Shown here one piece after another: positions 9,480 to 19,538 of a stretch of DNA of 64,000 nt. Positions within the stretch are counted from its first letter, which is position 1. Every line of letters begins with the position of its first letter. This stretch comes from Candidatus Latescibacterota bacterium. GTDB lineage: Bacteria > Latescibacterota > UBA2968. Position numbers and translations under genes: made by a program. The stretch covers positions 2,560,001 through 2,624,000 of the forward strand of contig OZ241986.1 in assembly GCA_965204375.1 (NCBI GenBank). The letters run 5' to 3'. The notes below the pieces were generated by a model. It did no database searches, was not told the DNA's origin, and was given only the letters and a program-made list of their open reading frames with translations.

Positions 9480-10364
9480 GTGAAAGCGGGTGTGTGCAGT
9501 TACTGCTTCAATTCGATGCTGACCGAGGGTAAGATCTCTTTGATGGAGGCAATCGAATTCGTGGGAAAGGAGACTGAGGCCGACTGCTTTGAGCCCTACT
9601 CCCCATACTGGCGTCTCGATCGAGACGTGCAAGAACAGGCGCGTGAGGCCCGGAGCCTGATGGACCGGGTGGGCTTACAGGCCTCGTGCCATGCCCTGGC
9701 GACCGATTTCGCCGTTTACGACGAAGGCAAAAATCGCGCCTGCCTGGACTGGTGTGAGAAGATGCTCCAGGTCGCCGTGATCCTCGGGGCCGATACGGTC
9801 CGCGTCGATCCCCGCACCGCCCCACCTCCCGGCAGATCCCGCGACGATATCGATCCCGAAGACGCCCTCGCCCGCGTTGCTCAAAGCATGCAGACCGTCG
9901 CCGACATCGCTACCGAAAAAGGCCTGAAAGTCGGTGTTGAGAACCACGGACTGCTGCTCGGACGCACGTCGCAGACCGCGCGCATCGTCGAGTTGGTCGA
10001 TCGCCCCAACTTCGGCGTGAACCTCGACTTCACCAATTTCCGCACGGTCTTCGGAGAAGACCACGTTGAGGCGACCCGGCTTCTCGCCAGACATGTCGTC
10101 CACATTCACGCCAAGGACTTCCACATTCGGCAGGATCCCCAGCCTGGGGAGGAATGGCGCGAAATCCCCTCGGGCGAATACGTCAAGCGCGCGGTCGGCG
10201 GCGAGGGAAACTCGGGTTGGGCCGAGATCTTTCGCATCCTCAAAGATGCGGGCTACAGGGGTGCTATCTCCCTCGAGGTCTCAGATCCAGCGGACATCCG
10301 GGGCAGTGTCGCGAAAGGGGTAGCCAATCTGAAGCGTATCATCGCGGAGGTGGAGCGGTTGTAA
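9480..10364 (+). CDS. sugar phosphate isomerase/epimerase (xylose isomerase-like TIM barrel)
   Basis: VENHG, NLDFTNF, HIHAKD, ISLE; AAGGAGG before GTG 9480. Confidence 0.88.
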   Translation: MKAGVCSYCFNSMLTEGKISLMEAIEFVGKETEADCFEPYSPYWRLDRDVQEQAREARSLMDRVGLQASCHALATDFAVYDEGKNRACLDWCEKMLQVAVILGADTVRVDPRTAPPPGRSRDDIDPEDALARVAQSMQTVADIATEKGLKVGVENHGLLLGRTSQTARIVELVDRPNFGVNLDFTNFRTVFGEDHVEATRLLARHVVHIHAKDFHIRQDPQPGEEWREIPSGEYVKRAVGGEGNSGWAEIFRILKDAGYRGAISLEVSDPADIRGSVAKGVANLKRIIAEVERL

Positions 10365-10529
10365 TGCCAGAGCCAGGACGTGGATGGAAGCCACGGCGAC
10401 CGCATTGAATTAGATTTGGGTACATTTCTACTCGGTAATTTTGTTATGTTTATGGTAGCGATTGGATTTACCCTTACTGGACCCCCAGGAATTGGCACCC
10501 TTACAAGCGGCATAAATCGGAGACGGAAT

Positions 10530-11756
10530 ATGGACAAAAAATTAGCTCTTTATGGCGGGGAAAAAACGCGCACAGCCCCCTTCCCTTCGCGCGCGCCATT
10601 TGGGAAAAAAGAAGAAGAATTGTTGTTGGACGCCGTGCGCAGCCAAAATTTGTTTAGCAAGAGCGGCACCTATGTCAAAGATTTCGAAAAGCAATTTGCC
10701 GAATTTTACGGAATGGGACATGCACAAAGTTCAACGAGCGGTACGGCGGCCATTCATCTGGCAGTGGGTGCTGTCGATCCCGAACCGGGGGACGAAATCA
10801 TCACCGCGCCCATTACCGATCCGGGTAGTGTAATGCCCATTTTAATCCAAAATGCCGTGCCCATATTTGCCGACGTCGATCCCCTGACAATGAACATGAC
10901 ACCCGAATCAATTGAAGAAAATATTACAGACCGAACGCGCGCAATCATCCTCGTACACTTGTTTGGGCGCCCCTGCAACGTCGAAGAAGTGGTAAAAATT
11001 GCGGAAAAATACCACATTACGCTGATTGAAGATTGTAGCCAATGTCACGCTACCAAATACAAAGGTCGCTATGTGGGAACTTTCGGGCATATGGGTTGTT
11101 TTAGCTTGCAACAGTCCAAACACATGACCACAGGCGATGGCGGAATGACTGTCACGCATGACCGAGAAACCTATATTCGCCTCAAGCTATTTTCCGATAA
11201 AGGATGGGATTATCAATATATGGCCGATCGAGATCACGCTTTTGTCGCACCCAACTATCGCATGACCGAGATGCAGGGCGCGGTTGGCCTCGCACAACTG
11301 GAAAAGGTGCGCGGCGTAGTCGAAAGACGACACGAATTGGGCGCGTTACTTTGTGAACTCATTGCCGATGCGCCGGGCATAACGCCCGTTCCATACGAGG
11401 GAGACCGCGAGGTTTCGTGGTGGAATTTTGTCTTTCACGTCACGGGTCACGATCCCGATGAATTTTGCAAAGCCGTGCGTGCCGAAGGCGTGTCTATGGG
11501 GGCGCATTATATCAAAGATCCGATTTTTATGCGCGGGAATTATCTGACCGAAAAACGCACCTATGGAAACAGCGGATTCCCCTTTCACCACGGCGTAACA
11601 AGCCGCGAATATAACTACGGCCCAGAACTCGTTCCAGGCGCAGTACAAGCATTGAGTACAGTCGTCGTATGGGGCTTGCACGAGCACCTCGACGAAAACG
11701 ACATCCGCGACACCGCCGCCGCAATCAACAAAGTTGCCAATGGCTTGGGCAAATAG
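10530..11756 (+). CDS. DegT/DnrJ/EryC1/StrS PLP aminotransferase
   Basis: SSGTAAIH, IEDCSQ, FSLQQSKHMTTGDGG, NYRMTE. Confidence 0.93.
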   Translation: MDKKLALYGGEKTRTAPFPSRAPFGKKEEELLLDAVRSQNLFSKSGTYVKDFEKQFAEFYGMGHAQSSTSGTAAIHLAVGAVDPEPGDEIITAPITDPGSVMPILIQNAVPIFADVDPLTMNMTPESIEENITDRTRAIILVHLFGRPCNVEEVVKIAEKYHITLIEDCSQCHATKYKGRYVGTFGHMGCFSLQQSKHMTTGDGGMTVTHDRETYIRLKLFSDKGWDYQYMADRDHAFVAPNYRMTEMQGAVGLAQLEKVRGVVERRHELGALLCELIADAPGITPVPYEGDREVSWWNFVFHVTGHDPDEFCKAVRAEGVSMGAHYIKDPIFMRGNYLTEKRTYGNSGFPFHHGVTSREYNYGPELVPGAVQALSTVVVWGLHEHLDENDIRDTAAAINKVANGLGK

Positions 11757-12809
11757 ATGAAAAAAGGTATCCAAATGCACCAGTCTCGTACACGGTGGTA
11801 TTACATCAGAGGCATTTTTGTGAGTGTGCTCTATATTTTAGCTCTCTCTGCTTGTGGAAACACACCGTCGGACATCACGGGACCAGCACCGGGAGAACCC
11901 GGTGCAGAGCCAATACCCGGCGGCCCTGGACAGATTGCATATATAAAACAAAACCTGCAAACGGGCAGTTTTCATCTTCATATCGTAGATCCCGACGGTA
12001 AAAATCCCATCAATCTCAATCCCATAGACGATCTGGCTGAATATACCGGGCAATCTTGGTCGTCCGATGGCAAACAACTCGCCTTTGCCTCGAACCGCAG
12101 TGGCAATGCCAATTTCAACATTTTTGTCATGAATGCCGACGGGAGCAATATCCGCAGTGTGGTTGAAGATGCGGGAAACGAATTTGCATCGTCCTGGTCG
12201 CCCGATGGACAGAAAATACTCTTTCAAACAACGCGCAGAGATGAGACAGCCTGGGATATTTATGTGGTCAACATCGACGGTTCTGACGAAAAGGTACTGA
12301 TCAATACGGATATGGAAGAACAACTGCCCGCATGGTCGCCCGATGGCACCACATTTGCCTATCAGGCTGGACACCGCGGTCGGGGAACCGACATTTATGT
12401 CGCCAATGCCGATGGTACAGGCGCGATGCGTTTGACAGATGGCAATGGCACCTTGCACGCTGCACCTGCCTGGTCGCCCGATGGAATGCAGATCGCGTTC
12501 GAATCCAACCGCCATCAACCCCCGTCAACAGGCACGAGAACGCCTCTGGCACAGTACGAAATTTATGTGATGAATCGGGATGGTTCAAATATGCACCGCC
12601 TCACGTCCTCCCAACCCCTCGAAGCAGTACGCAATCCAACCTGGTCGCCGGATGGAAAGCAAATTGCATTTGAATTTCACGCTTATTCAACAGATCTCAT
12701 CACAGGATTTTCGACCATTAAGGTCATGAATGCAGATGGCTCCAATATGTACTCCATACCCAATCTCCCCATTGGCGCGCGCTTTCCGCGCTGGTCGCCT
12801 GTTCCGTAA
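11757..12809 (+). CDS. TolB-like PD40 beta-propeller lipoprotein
   Basis: Lipobox LSAC; repeated WSPDG..IAF and YVMNADG units. Confidence 0.88.
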   Translation: MKKGIQMHQSRTRWYYIRGIFVSVLYILALSACGNTPSDITGPAPGEPGAEPIPGGPGQIAYIKQNLQTGSFHLHIVDPDGKNPINLNPIDDLAEYTGQSWSSDGKQLAFASNRSGNANFNIFVMNADGSNIRSVVEDAGNEFASSWSPDGQKILFQTTRRDETAWDIYVVNIDGSDEKVLINTDMEEQLPAWSPDGTTFAYQAGHRGRGTDIYVANADGTGAMRLTDGNGTLHAAPAWSPDGMQIAFESNRHQPPSTGTRTPLAQYEIYVMNRDGSNMHRLTSSQPLEAVRNPTWSPDGKQIAFEFHAYSTDLITGFSTIKVMNADGSNMYSIPNLPIGARFPRWSPVP

Positions 12810-12951
12810 ACACAACATCTATGTCGTGAATTGACCATCTGAAAAGTCTCGGATTTTATCTGAGACTTTTTTGTTTGACTTCGCCGCTTTTGTCCAATTA
12901 ATTGTTCGCGGCGGGTATATGGTATTGTGAACCACTTGTCAGGAGAAGCGT

Positions 12952-13671
12952 ATGAGACGGCCAACAGATGCTGAACGACAGGAGTGGGAAGATAACGGCG
13001 TGTTGTTTTTAGAAAATGCAATAGCAGGAGAAGACCTCGCACGGTTGCAGGCGACATTTGACCGATGTGCCGCCGAGGCCAGGCGCGAATGGTTGGAGGG
13101 AATTGCAAAAGGCACGCGTCCTGCTGCCCATTTTGATATTCCAAAGCCATTGGAAAAGGACGACGTATTTATCGACCTGATCGATTATCCGGGCTGGTAC
13201 GGATTTTTGATGGATTTTGCCGACGAAGATCTGATCTTGCTCGCGCCGCAAGTTCGAACCCTGCCGGTCTCACCCATCAGTTATGTGGGCTGGCATCCAG
13301 ATGTGCCACATACGACACCACTCCATATGAAGGTACAGATTTATATTGAAGATGTCCCGGCCGATGGCGGTGCATTTGGGTATGTGCCAGGCAGTCATAA
13401 ACCCGACGCTGGGCCGTGTCCCGTGGTCCGCCCGCTGGATTCAATGCCAGGGCACAAAGTGTATCCGGGCAAAGCGGGCGATGCGGTATTATTCAATTCT
13501 TATGGATGGCATACATCGATGGTCAATCGCACGTTAAAGCCGCGCAAGTCGATTATCCTCATTTATGAAAAGTGGAGTAAGGACCGCAGATCAACCAAAT
13601 ATTTTGCAGCCATTGCACACAAATGCACAACGCCAGACCGCAGGCGGTTGTTCAGCCTGGATGAGAGATGA
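12952..13671 (+). CDS. phytanoyl-CoA dioxygenase family
   Basis: WHPD (HxD), YVPGSH, GDAVLF..WH. Confidence 0.88.
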   Translation: MRRPTDAERQEWEDNGVLFLENAIAGEDLARLQATFDRCAAEARREWLEGIAKGTRPAAHFDIPKPLEKDDVFIDLIDYPGWYGFLMDFADEDLILLAPQVRTLPVSPISYVGWHPDVPHTTPLHMKVQIYIEDVPADGGAFGYVPGSHKPDAGPCPVVRPLDSMPGHKVYPGKAGDAVLFNSYGWHTSMVNRTLKPRKSIILIYEKWSKDRRSTKYFAAIAHKCTTPDRRRLFSLDER

Positions 13672-13675
13672 TAGT

Positions 13676-14578
13676 ATGTCAATTATTGACTCGCACCTGC
13701 ATGTATTTGAAAAACTGTCGGACAAATTTCCCCGCGAGGTGGATGATCAGTGTCCCGCAGACAGGGCAGAGACAGCAGAAAAATTGCTGGAGGTCATGGC
13801 GGCCAATGGAGTCGATCAGGCAGTGCTAACACAGATCGGTGGTACCCAATTGGCGCACCATCGGTACTTACAGCATTGTTTAAAGACCTATCCCAATCGC
13901 TTCCGGGGAATTGGGTTAATTCCTCGGGACAAATGGGACGTGCCAGAAGACCACATGGATCGACTAACTGAAAATGGGGATATTATCGGATTCAGGATTA
14001 ACGAAATTGGCGGACCTGCCGATCCCCTATCCCAAATGGATGTACGAACATTTACATCGTATCGCATCTGGAAACACGCGGCTGAAAAAAACTACGTGAT
14101 GTGGCTGTATATTCGGGCGAAAGACGCACATCAAGTCGCCTTTATGATTCGGGCATTTCCCGAAATTCGCGCCGTGTTTAACCACCTGATGATCTGTCCA
14201 GGCGAGGGAATGTTTTCGTGGGATGACGAAGGCCGCCCGCACATCAATACCCCCATACCGCCGATGACGCGCTACTCGATGCTGGGCTTGCACGAATACC
14301 CCAATATCTGCGTACATCTATCGGGACAATATGCGTTTAGCAAAGAATCCTGGCCCTATCGCGACCTGGAAAGCTGGCACAAAACATTGCTTTCCAAGTT
14401 CGGCGCAGACAAATTGATGTGGGCGACGGATTTTCCCTGGATTTTGGAAGATCCGGGGTACGATAAGTTGGTACAGGTGATTGATGAATTATTGCCGGAC
14501 TTGAGCGTTCAGCAAAAGGCAGAAATTATGGGGGGAACGGCAAAACGGATTTTGGGTTTTCCCGACGTGGCGGATTGA
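13676..14578 (+). CDS. amidohydrolase family (Amidohydro_2)
   Basis: IIDSHLHV, FNHL, LMWATDFPW. Confidence 0.88.
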   Translation: MSIIDSHLHVFEKLSDKFPREVDDQCPADRAETAEKLLEVMAANGVDQAVLTQIGGTQLAHHRYLQHCLKTYPNRFRGIGLIPRDKWDVPEDHMDRLTENGDIIGFRINEIGGPADPLSQMDVRTFTSYRIWKHAAEKNYVMWLYIRAKDAHQVAFMIRAFPEIRAVFNHLMICPGEGMFSWDDEGRPHINTPIPPMTRYSMLGLHEYPNICVHLSGQYAFSKESWPYRDLESWHKTLLSKFGADKLMWATDFPWILEDPGYDKLVQVIDELLPDLSVQQKAEIMGGTAKRILGFPDVAD

Positions 14579-16610
14579 CCCTTTTGAAATTGACCTTGTA
14601 TTGTTCGAGGGCCTCGAGTGCCTTGTTATCGGGATGGGGATATATGTCGCGGGACTTCCCAAAAGACGCGACAGCATCTACCCTCTTGCCCTGTTTTTGC
14701 AACAGGCTTCCCTTCAAGTAGTAAAGCCGCGCCAGGGTTTGCTTTTTCAATGCCTCGTGTTTGAGGGGCTCTGCCCTATCCAACCACGCCGAGACCTGTT
14801 CCCAGTGCGAGCTATTTCCATTCTCTATCAGTGTGGTAGCCATGCCGATGAGGCAAGCATAACTCCCCTCTGCGAGGAGGAACAATTCCCGCATTGAATT
14901 GAGAAGCTCTGGATCGCCCGAAAAATAAATCAAACCCAAATATCGCCCGTACTGGAACAACAATCCGTTTCGCCGCACGCGCTCCCAGCGGTCAATGGGT
15001 TGCAGATGTACCAGATAGGTGAAATATTCCTCTCCGCGCGGATGGCGTTTCAGTTCTATGGTGCCGGGCTTGCCATCTTTAACCGCCTCCATGAGAAAAC
15101 CATAGATCCGTCCCTGGCGATTGGGAAAAATATCGAAATCCATGGGAAAGAAGAGGGCGCGTTCTGTCGAATCAGTCAATTTTTCCAGAACCTCCTTCTT
15201 ATTATCTTTTGGTAAAAATGGATCGTAGAGGCGTTTGCCATATACGAGTCCCTGAAGATTGTACAACGTGACATCTGGACGGCGGTTCTCGATGTATTGA
15301 TAATAGCCCATCGGCCCGGTTGCATCGCCAAACACGAATAAAACAGCGTCCTCCGGCAAAATATCCAATTGCATGTCTGCATAGTGCTCGGCAAAGTCGC
15401 TATCGGATCGATCATTGGGCTGCCAGTGTTCGTGCACCGACCACGCAACCATCGCCGTGCCCACCAGCGCTGCCATACCAATTTTGAGTCTCGGCCTCTG
15501 GGCAAATTTGGAAGGCAACCGTTCTGCCAACCAGTCGAGCACAACCTGCAATCCAACGCCCAGCCACAGGGCCGCTATGCCGTAACACAACAGAGAATAG
15601 GGACGGAAGATCGCGCCCCAGAAAAAGTCAAAATCAAAACCCAGCAAGGCGATCAGCACGATGCTATTGCCCAAAAATACCAGCAATCCCGAACCCGCTT
15701 TTGCGATCTGCCGCCGCTGAAACAGAATAATCAGGCCGAACACAGCGAGTGCAAATCCCGGCAGCGTCAATTGCCATAAAAATTCATTGCCAAGCCATTG
15801 CATGAACCCAAATCGGTCATCCCATCCCGCGCTGGGGCTGGCATCTATATGGGCATAGCCCTGCCGGCTGAAGTAGTGCCAGAATTCTTTCAACGTATCG
15901 ATAGAACCGTAAAAGTTGATCAGGGGATCCTGATGTGACCGCCAGACCATCCATGCATAAGGCAATGCCGCACACGGCAAGAAAATCCCCAAGAGCAACG
16001 GCAGTTTCCGATACAAGGTGCGCCAAATGGGAAAGACCAATATCATCAAACCCGGCGTTGAAAGCACCATCAGCGGCCAGTGATTGGTCAAACTCAACCC
16101 ATAAGTGATAGCCGTGGCAATCCAGATCCCGGTGCGATGCGGCTGGCGGATGCCGTACAAAAGCGACGCATAGAGACCAAAAAAGAACAGCGCATTGAGC
16201 GTATAAACCTCGGCGATAATAGCCTGCGACCAGAAATGCTCACAAGCGGCAAACAGCCATGTAGCAATCAGGGCTGGAATTGGCGATGCGCCCAACAAAC
16301 GGGCACATACATAAACGCAGCCACAGGTAAGCGCGCCCAATACCGCGCTGGACAAATGACCGAGAAAAGCAACACTGCCAAAAGGCAATTGCGTAAACAG
16401 ATAGGCAATAAGGGTATAGAGCGGATAGCCCGGCGGATGTGCCACGCCGAGGTGAACTCCAGCCATGAGAAACAAGCCGTCATCTTCCAGAACAACAGTG
16501 CGCGGCATGGTAAGCACATAAAGCACAAGCGGGCCAATAACCGATGCGGCCAGTGCGGTCCCATCGCGCAAGGGATTAAATGCTTCAACCTGGGCATGCA
16601 CGCGATTCAT
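14526..16610 (-). CDS. DUF2723 / TMEM260-like GT-C membrane glycosyltransferase with C-terminal TPR-like helices
   Basis: EDDG..LGVAHPPGYPLY, WSQAIIAEVYTLN, many TM segments; start chosen at MNRVH next to the GtrA stop. Confidence 0.85.
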   Translation of the reverse strand: MNRVHAQVEAFNPLRDGTALAASVIGPLVLYVLTMPRTVVLEDDGLFLMAGVHLGVAHPPGYPLYTLIAYLFTQLPFGSVAFLGHLSSAVLGALTCGCVYVCARLLGASPIPALIATWLFAACEHFWSQAIIAEVYTLNALFFFGLYASLLYGIRQPHRTGIWIATAITYGLSLTNHWPLMVLSTPGLMILVFPIWRTLYRKLPLLLGIFLPCAALPYAWMVWRSHQDPLINFYGSIDTLKEFWHYFSRQGYAHIDASPSAGWDDRFGFMQWLGNEFLWQLTLPGFALAVFGLIILFQRRQIAKAGSGLLVFLGNSIVLIALLGFDFDFFWGAIFRPYSLLCYGIAALWLGVGLQVVLDWLAERLPSKFAQRPRLKIGMAALVGTAMVAWSVHEHWQPNDRSDSDFAEHYADMQLDILPEDAVLFVFGDATGPMGYYQYIENRRPDVTLYNLQGLVYGKRLYDPFLPKDNKKEVLEKLTDSTERALFFPMDFDIFPNRQGRIYGFLMEAVKDGKPGTIELKRHPRGEEYFTYLVHLQPIDRWERVRRNGLLFQYGRYLGLIYFSGDPELLNSMRELFLLAEGSYACLIGMATTLIENGNSSHWEQVSAWLDRAEPLKHEALKKQTLARLYYLKGSLLQKQGKRVDAVASFGKSRDIYPHPDNKALEALEQYKVNFKRVNPPRRENPKSVLPFPP

Positions 16611-17029
16611 TGCGTACCGTCCTCCTGTTCTTCTGGGCATCCACCTGTCACCTCGCGAAATGTCCAGAGAGAATTGATGAAATAATTGAACAATGTGGCC
16701 GGGGCAATTGCGCACCCCTGCAAAATGACCGATGGCACCGCTGGGAAAAGGAAGGAAAGCAAGACAAACGTGCCATAACTCAGCATGAGCGTCACCAGTG
16801 AAACGAGATTAAACTTCAGACCTCGAACGCGTTTTTTTCCCGCCAGTGCGCGGTCGCGGAAAGTCCAGTAGTTATTGAGCAGAAAATTTGAGATAATCGA
16901 CAGCTCAATTGCAACTGGCGATGCCAGCAACTTATGCACACCGAGATTGAGCAAGAGTTGAAACGAACCGAGATTGACAAATACTCCCGATAAACCCGTG
17001 AGGGCAAATTTGATAAATGTCCGGGACAT
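16607..17029 (-). CDS. GtrA family protein
   Basis: FIKFALTGLSGVFVNLG, SNFLLNNYWTF, NYFINSLWTF. Confidence 0.9.
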   Translation of the reverse strand: MSRTFIKFALTGLSGVFVNLGSFQLLLNLGVHKLLASPVAIELSIISNFLLNNYWTFRDRALAGKKRVRGLKFNLVSLVTLMLSYGTFVLLSFLFPAVPSVILQGCAIAPATLFNYFINSLWTFREVTGGCPEEQEDGTQ

Positions 17030-17162
17030 GAATTTTCCGATAAATTGAATTTTCAACTGGTCAAAATAACAACACACCTTCGAAAAATCAAGCGCGAAAG
17101 AAAAAGTTCTCTCTTGTATTCGTCCATATATACACAGACAACTTGATACGGTTGACCCGATC

Positions 17163-18047
17163 GTGAAACGAATCGCTAAAATTTTGCTCCTCTCCATATT
17201 GTTACTCATTGCGTTGTCTGTTGCGCTATCCATCTGGAGGAAACCGATGCCCGATCATCCTTTTTTGAAAAAAAACGCGGGTGTTGAAGTGATTGCACAC
17301 CGGGGGGGATGGCGATTGTGGCCCGAAAATACACTTTACGCTTTTCAACACGCCGTAGATCTCGGCGTGGATATGCTGGAAATGGATATTCGCAGCACAA
17401 AAGACGGCCACATCGTGGTCTTTCACGATGAGACCGTGACGCGCACGACCAATGGCAATGCGCGTGTAAACGATTTGACACTTGCAGAATTGAAACAGTT
17501 AGATGCTGGATACAAATGGTCGGCAGACAAGGGCACAACTTTTCCCTTTCGCGGAAAAGGAATTGTGCCCCCAACACTGGATGAAGTCTTCGCGTCTTTT
17601 CCACACATGCGAATGACCATTGAAATCAAACAGAAAGAGCCAGATATTGTCGAGGCATTTGGCAACCTGATTCGCCACCACGGGATGCAACACCGCGTGC
17701 TGGTCGCGTGTTTTGACACCCGGACATTGAAGCGTTTTCGCAAACTGTTTCCCGAAGTTGCGACATCGCCGGGAATGACGGAAGGAATGATCTTTTACGC
17801 CCTGTGCTGGTTGCATTTGAGCGCGGTTTATCAGCCCAATGTCGAAGTATTGCAATTCCCACTAAAAATGGGACCGATAAATGGCAACCATCCACGCCTT
17901 TTATCAGGGGCACGCAAAAACAATATACAGGTACAAATATGGACTGTAGATGACGAATCGAAAATGCGAATGCTGATTGAAAACGGGGTGAATGGCATCA
18001 TCACTCGCCGGCCAGATCGCCTGTTAAAAATCCTGGGGCGAGAATAG
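17163..18047 (+). CDS. glycerophosphodiester phosphodiesterase
   Basis: IAHRGG..PENT..AF, EMDIRSTKDG..VVFHD, IEIK, WTVD. Confidence 0.93.
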   Translation: MKRIAKILLLSILLLIALSVALSIWRKPMPDHPFLKKNAGVEVIAHRGGWRLWPENTLYAFQHAVDLGVDMLEMDIRSTKDGHIVVFHDETVTRTTNGNARVNDLTLAELKQLDAGYKWSADKGTTFPFRGKGIVPPTLDEVFASFPHMRMTIEIKQKEPDIVEAFGNLIRHHGMQHRVLVACFDTRTLKRFRKLFPEVATSPGMTEGMIFYALCWLHLSAVYQPNVEVLQFPLKMGPINGNHPRLLSGARKNNIQVQIWTVDDESKMRMLIENGVNGIITRRPDRLLKILGRE

Positions 18048-18072
18048 GTCTTTCACAAACGGAATAAATACT

Positions 18073-19536
18073 ATGCCTGAACAAATCAACTTGCTTTTTA
18101 TATTAACAGACGACCAGGGCTATTGGGCGATGGGATGTGCGGGCAATTCGGAAATTCGCACGCCAAATCTGGATCGATTGGCCGCAACGGGATTGCGCTT
18201 TGAGAATTTCTTTTGTGCATCGCCGGTCTGCTCGCCAGCTCGGGCTTCCATTTTAACGGGCCGCATTCCATCGCAACACGGCGTACAGGATTTTTTGCGG
18301 GCAGGCAATTCAAATATCTACGGCGCAGATGATCGGGCTATCGAATATCTATCGGGGCAAACAGCATATACAGACATTTTATTTAAACGGGGTTATACGT
18401 GTGGTTTAAGTGGCAAATGGCATCTGGGCTATTCGGAAAAACCGCAGAAAAGTTTTGCATTTTGGGATGTTCACGCAAGTGGCGCAGGACCGTATTACAA
18501 TCCTCCGATGATTCGCGACGGCAAAGCGTATCAAACATCGGATTACGTGAGCGATCTGATTACAGATAATGCATTGGAATTTTTGGAGCCCCAAAAGGAC
18601 GCAGATCAACCATTCTGCTTGAATGTCCACTACACAGCGCCTCACGCGCCCTGGGGGCGCGAACACCATCCACCCGAATTATTCGAAGATTATTATCAAA
18701 ACTGCCCTTTTGAATCAACGCCCAACGAACCCATGCACCCCCAGCAGTTGTCAAAGACGGGATCATCGGGTTCTTTGGGATTTACGGAAGAAGAACGCAA
18801 AGAAACACTCAGCGGCTATTTTGCCGCAATGACCGCAATGGACACCAACGTGGGTAGATTACTGGATTGGCTGGAAGCCAATGGATTGCGGGAAAATACA
18901 CTCATCGCATTTACAAGCGACAATGGGATGAACATGGGGCATCACGGGATTTACGGCAAAGGCAATGGGACATATCCGCCGAATATGTTCGACACCTCGG
19001 TGAAAGTCCCCATGCTCTTCTCGCATCCAGGTCACATTCCCGAAGGCAAAGTTATTTCTTCACTGCACAGCCATTACGACATCATGCCTACTTTATTGGA
19101 CTATCTCAACGTAGAAAATCCCGACTCCGACTCCCTTCCCGGGCGCAGTTTTTCCGCATTATTAGAAGGGCAAGAAATAGGTGGCGACGACCAGGTGGTT
19201 GTATTTGACGAATACGGTCCCACGCGAATGATCCGCACCTCAGAGTGGAAATATGTCCATCGCTATCCCTATGGCCCTCATGAATTCTACGATTTGGTAA
19301 ACGACCCAGACGAACGACAAAATCTGATCGCAGAACAAAAACATCAACCTATTCGAGAATCGCTACAGGCCGATCTGGATGCGTGGTTTGTGCGCTATGC
19401 CGATCCCGAGCGGGATGGCTCGCGCGAAGCCGTGATGGGCAGAGGACAGTTAGACATTGTTGGACCTGCTGCAAAGGGGCGGAAGCGGTTTGGCGACGAT
19501 GTCGTTTTTGAACGCGACAACAAACGGAGGTCTTGA
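18073..19536 (+). CDS. sulfatase (paralog of 8031-9404)
   Basis: LTDDQG, CSPARASILTG, GKWHLG, SDNG. Confidence 0.95.
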   Translation: MPEQINLLFILTDDQGYWAMGCAGNSEIRTPNLDRLAATGLRFENFFCASPVCSPARASILTGRIPSQHGVQDFLRAGNSNIYGADDRAIEYLSGQTAYTDILFKRGYTCGLSGKWHLGYSEKPQKSFAFWDVHASGAGPYYNPPMIRDGKAYQTSDYVSDLITDNALEFLEPQKDADQPFCLNVHYTAPHAPWGREHHPPELFEDYYQNCPFESTPNEPMHPQQLSKTGSSGSLGFTEEERKETLSGYFAAMTAMDTNVGRLLDWLEANGLRENTLIAFTSDNGMNMGHHGIYGKGNGTYPPNMFDTSVKVPMLFSHPGHIPEGKVISSLHSHYDIMPTLLDYLNVENPDSDSLPGRSFSALLEGQEIGGDDQVVVFDEYGPTRMIRTSEWKYVHRYPYGPHEFYDLVNDPDERQNLIAEQKHQPIRESLQADLDAWFVRYADPERDGSREAVMGRGQLDIVGPAAKGRKRFGDDVVFERDNKRRS

Positions 19537-19538
19537 TA

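Noticed and set aside
10493-10508. sigma-54 promoter before the DegT gene (TGGCAC)
   Set aside because: No TTGC at the required spacing
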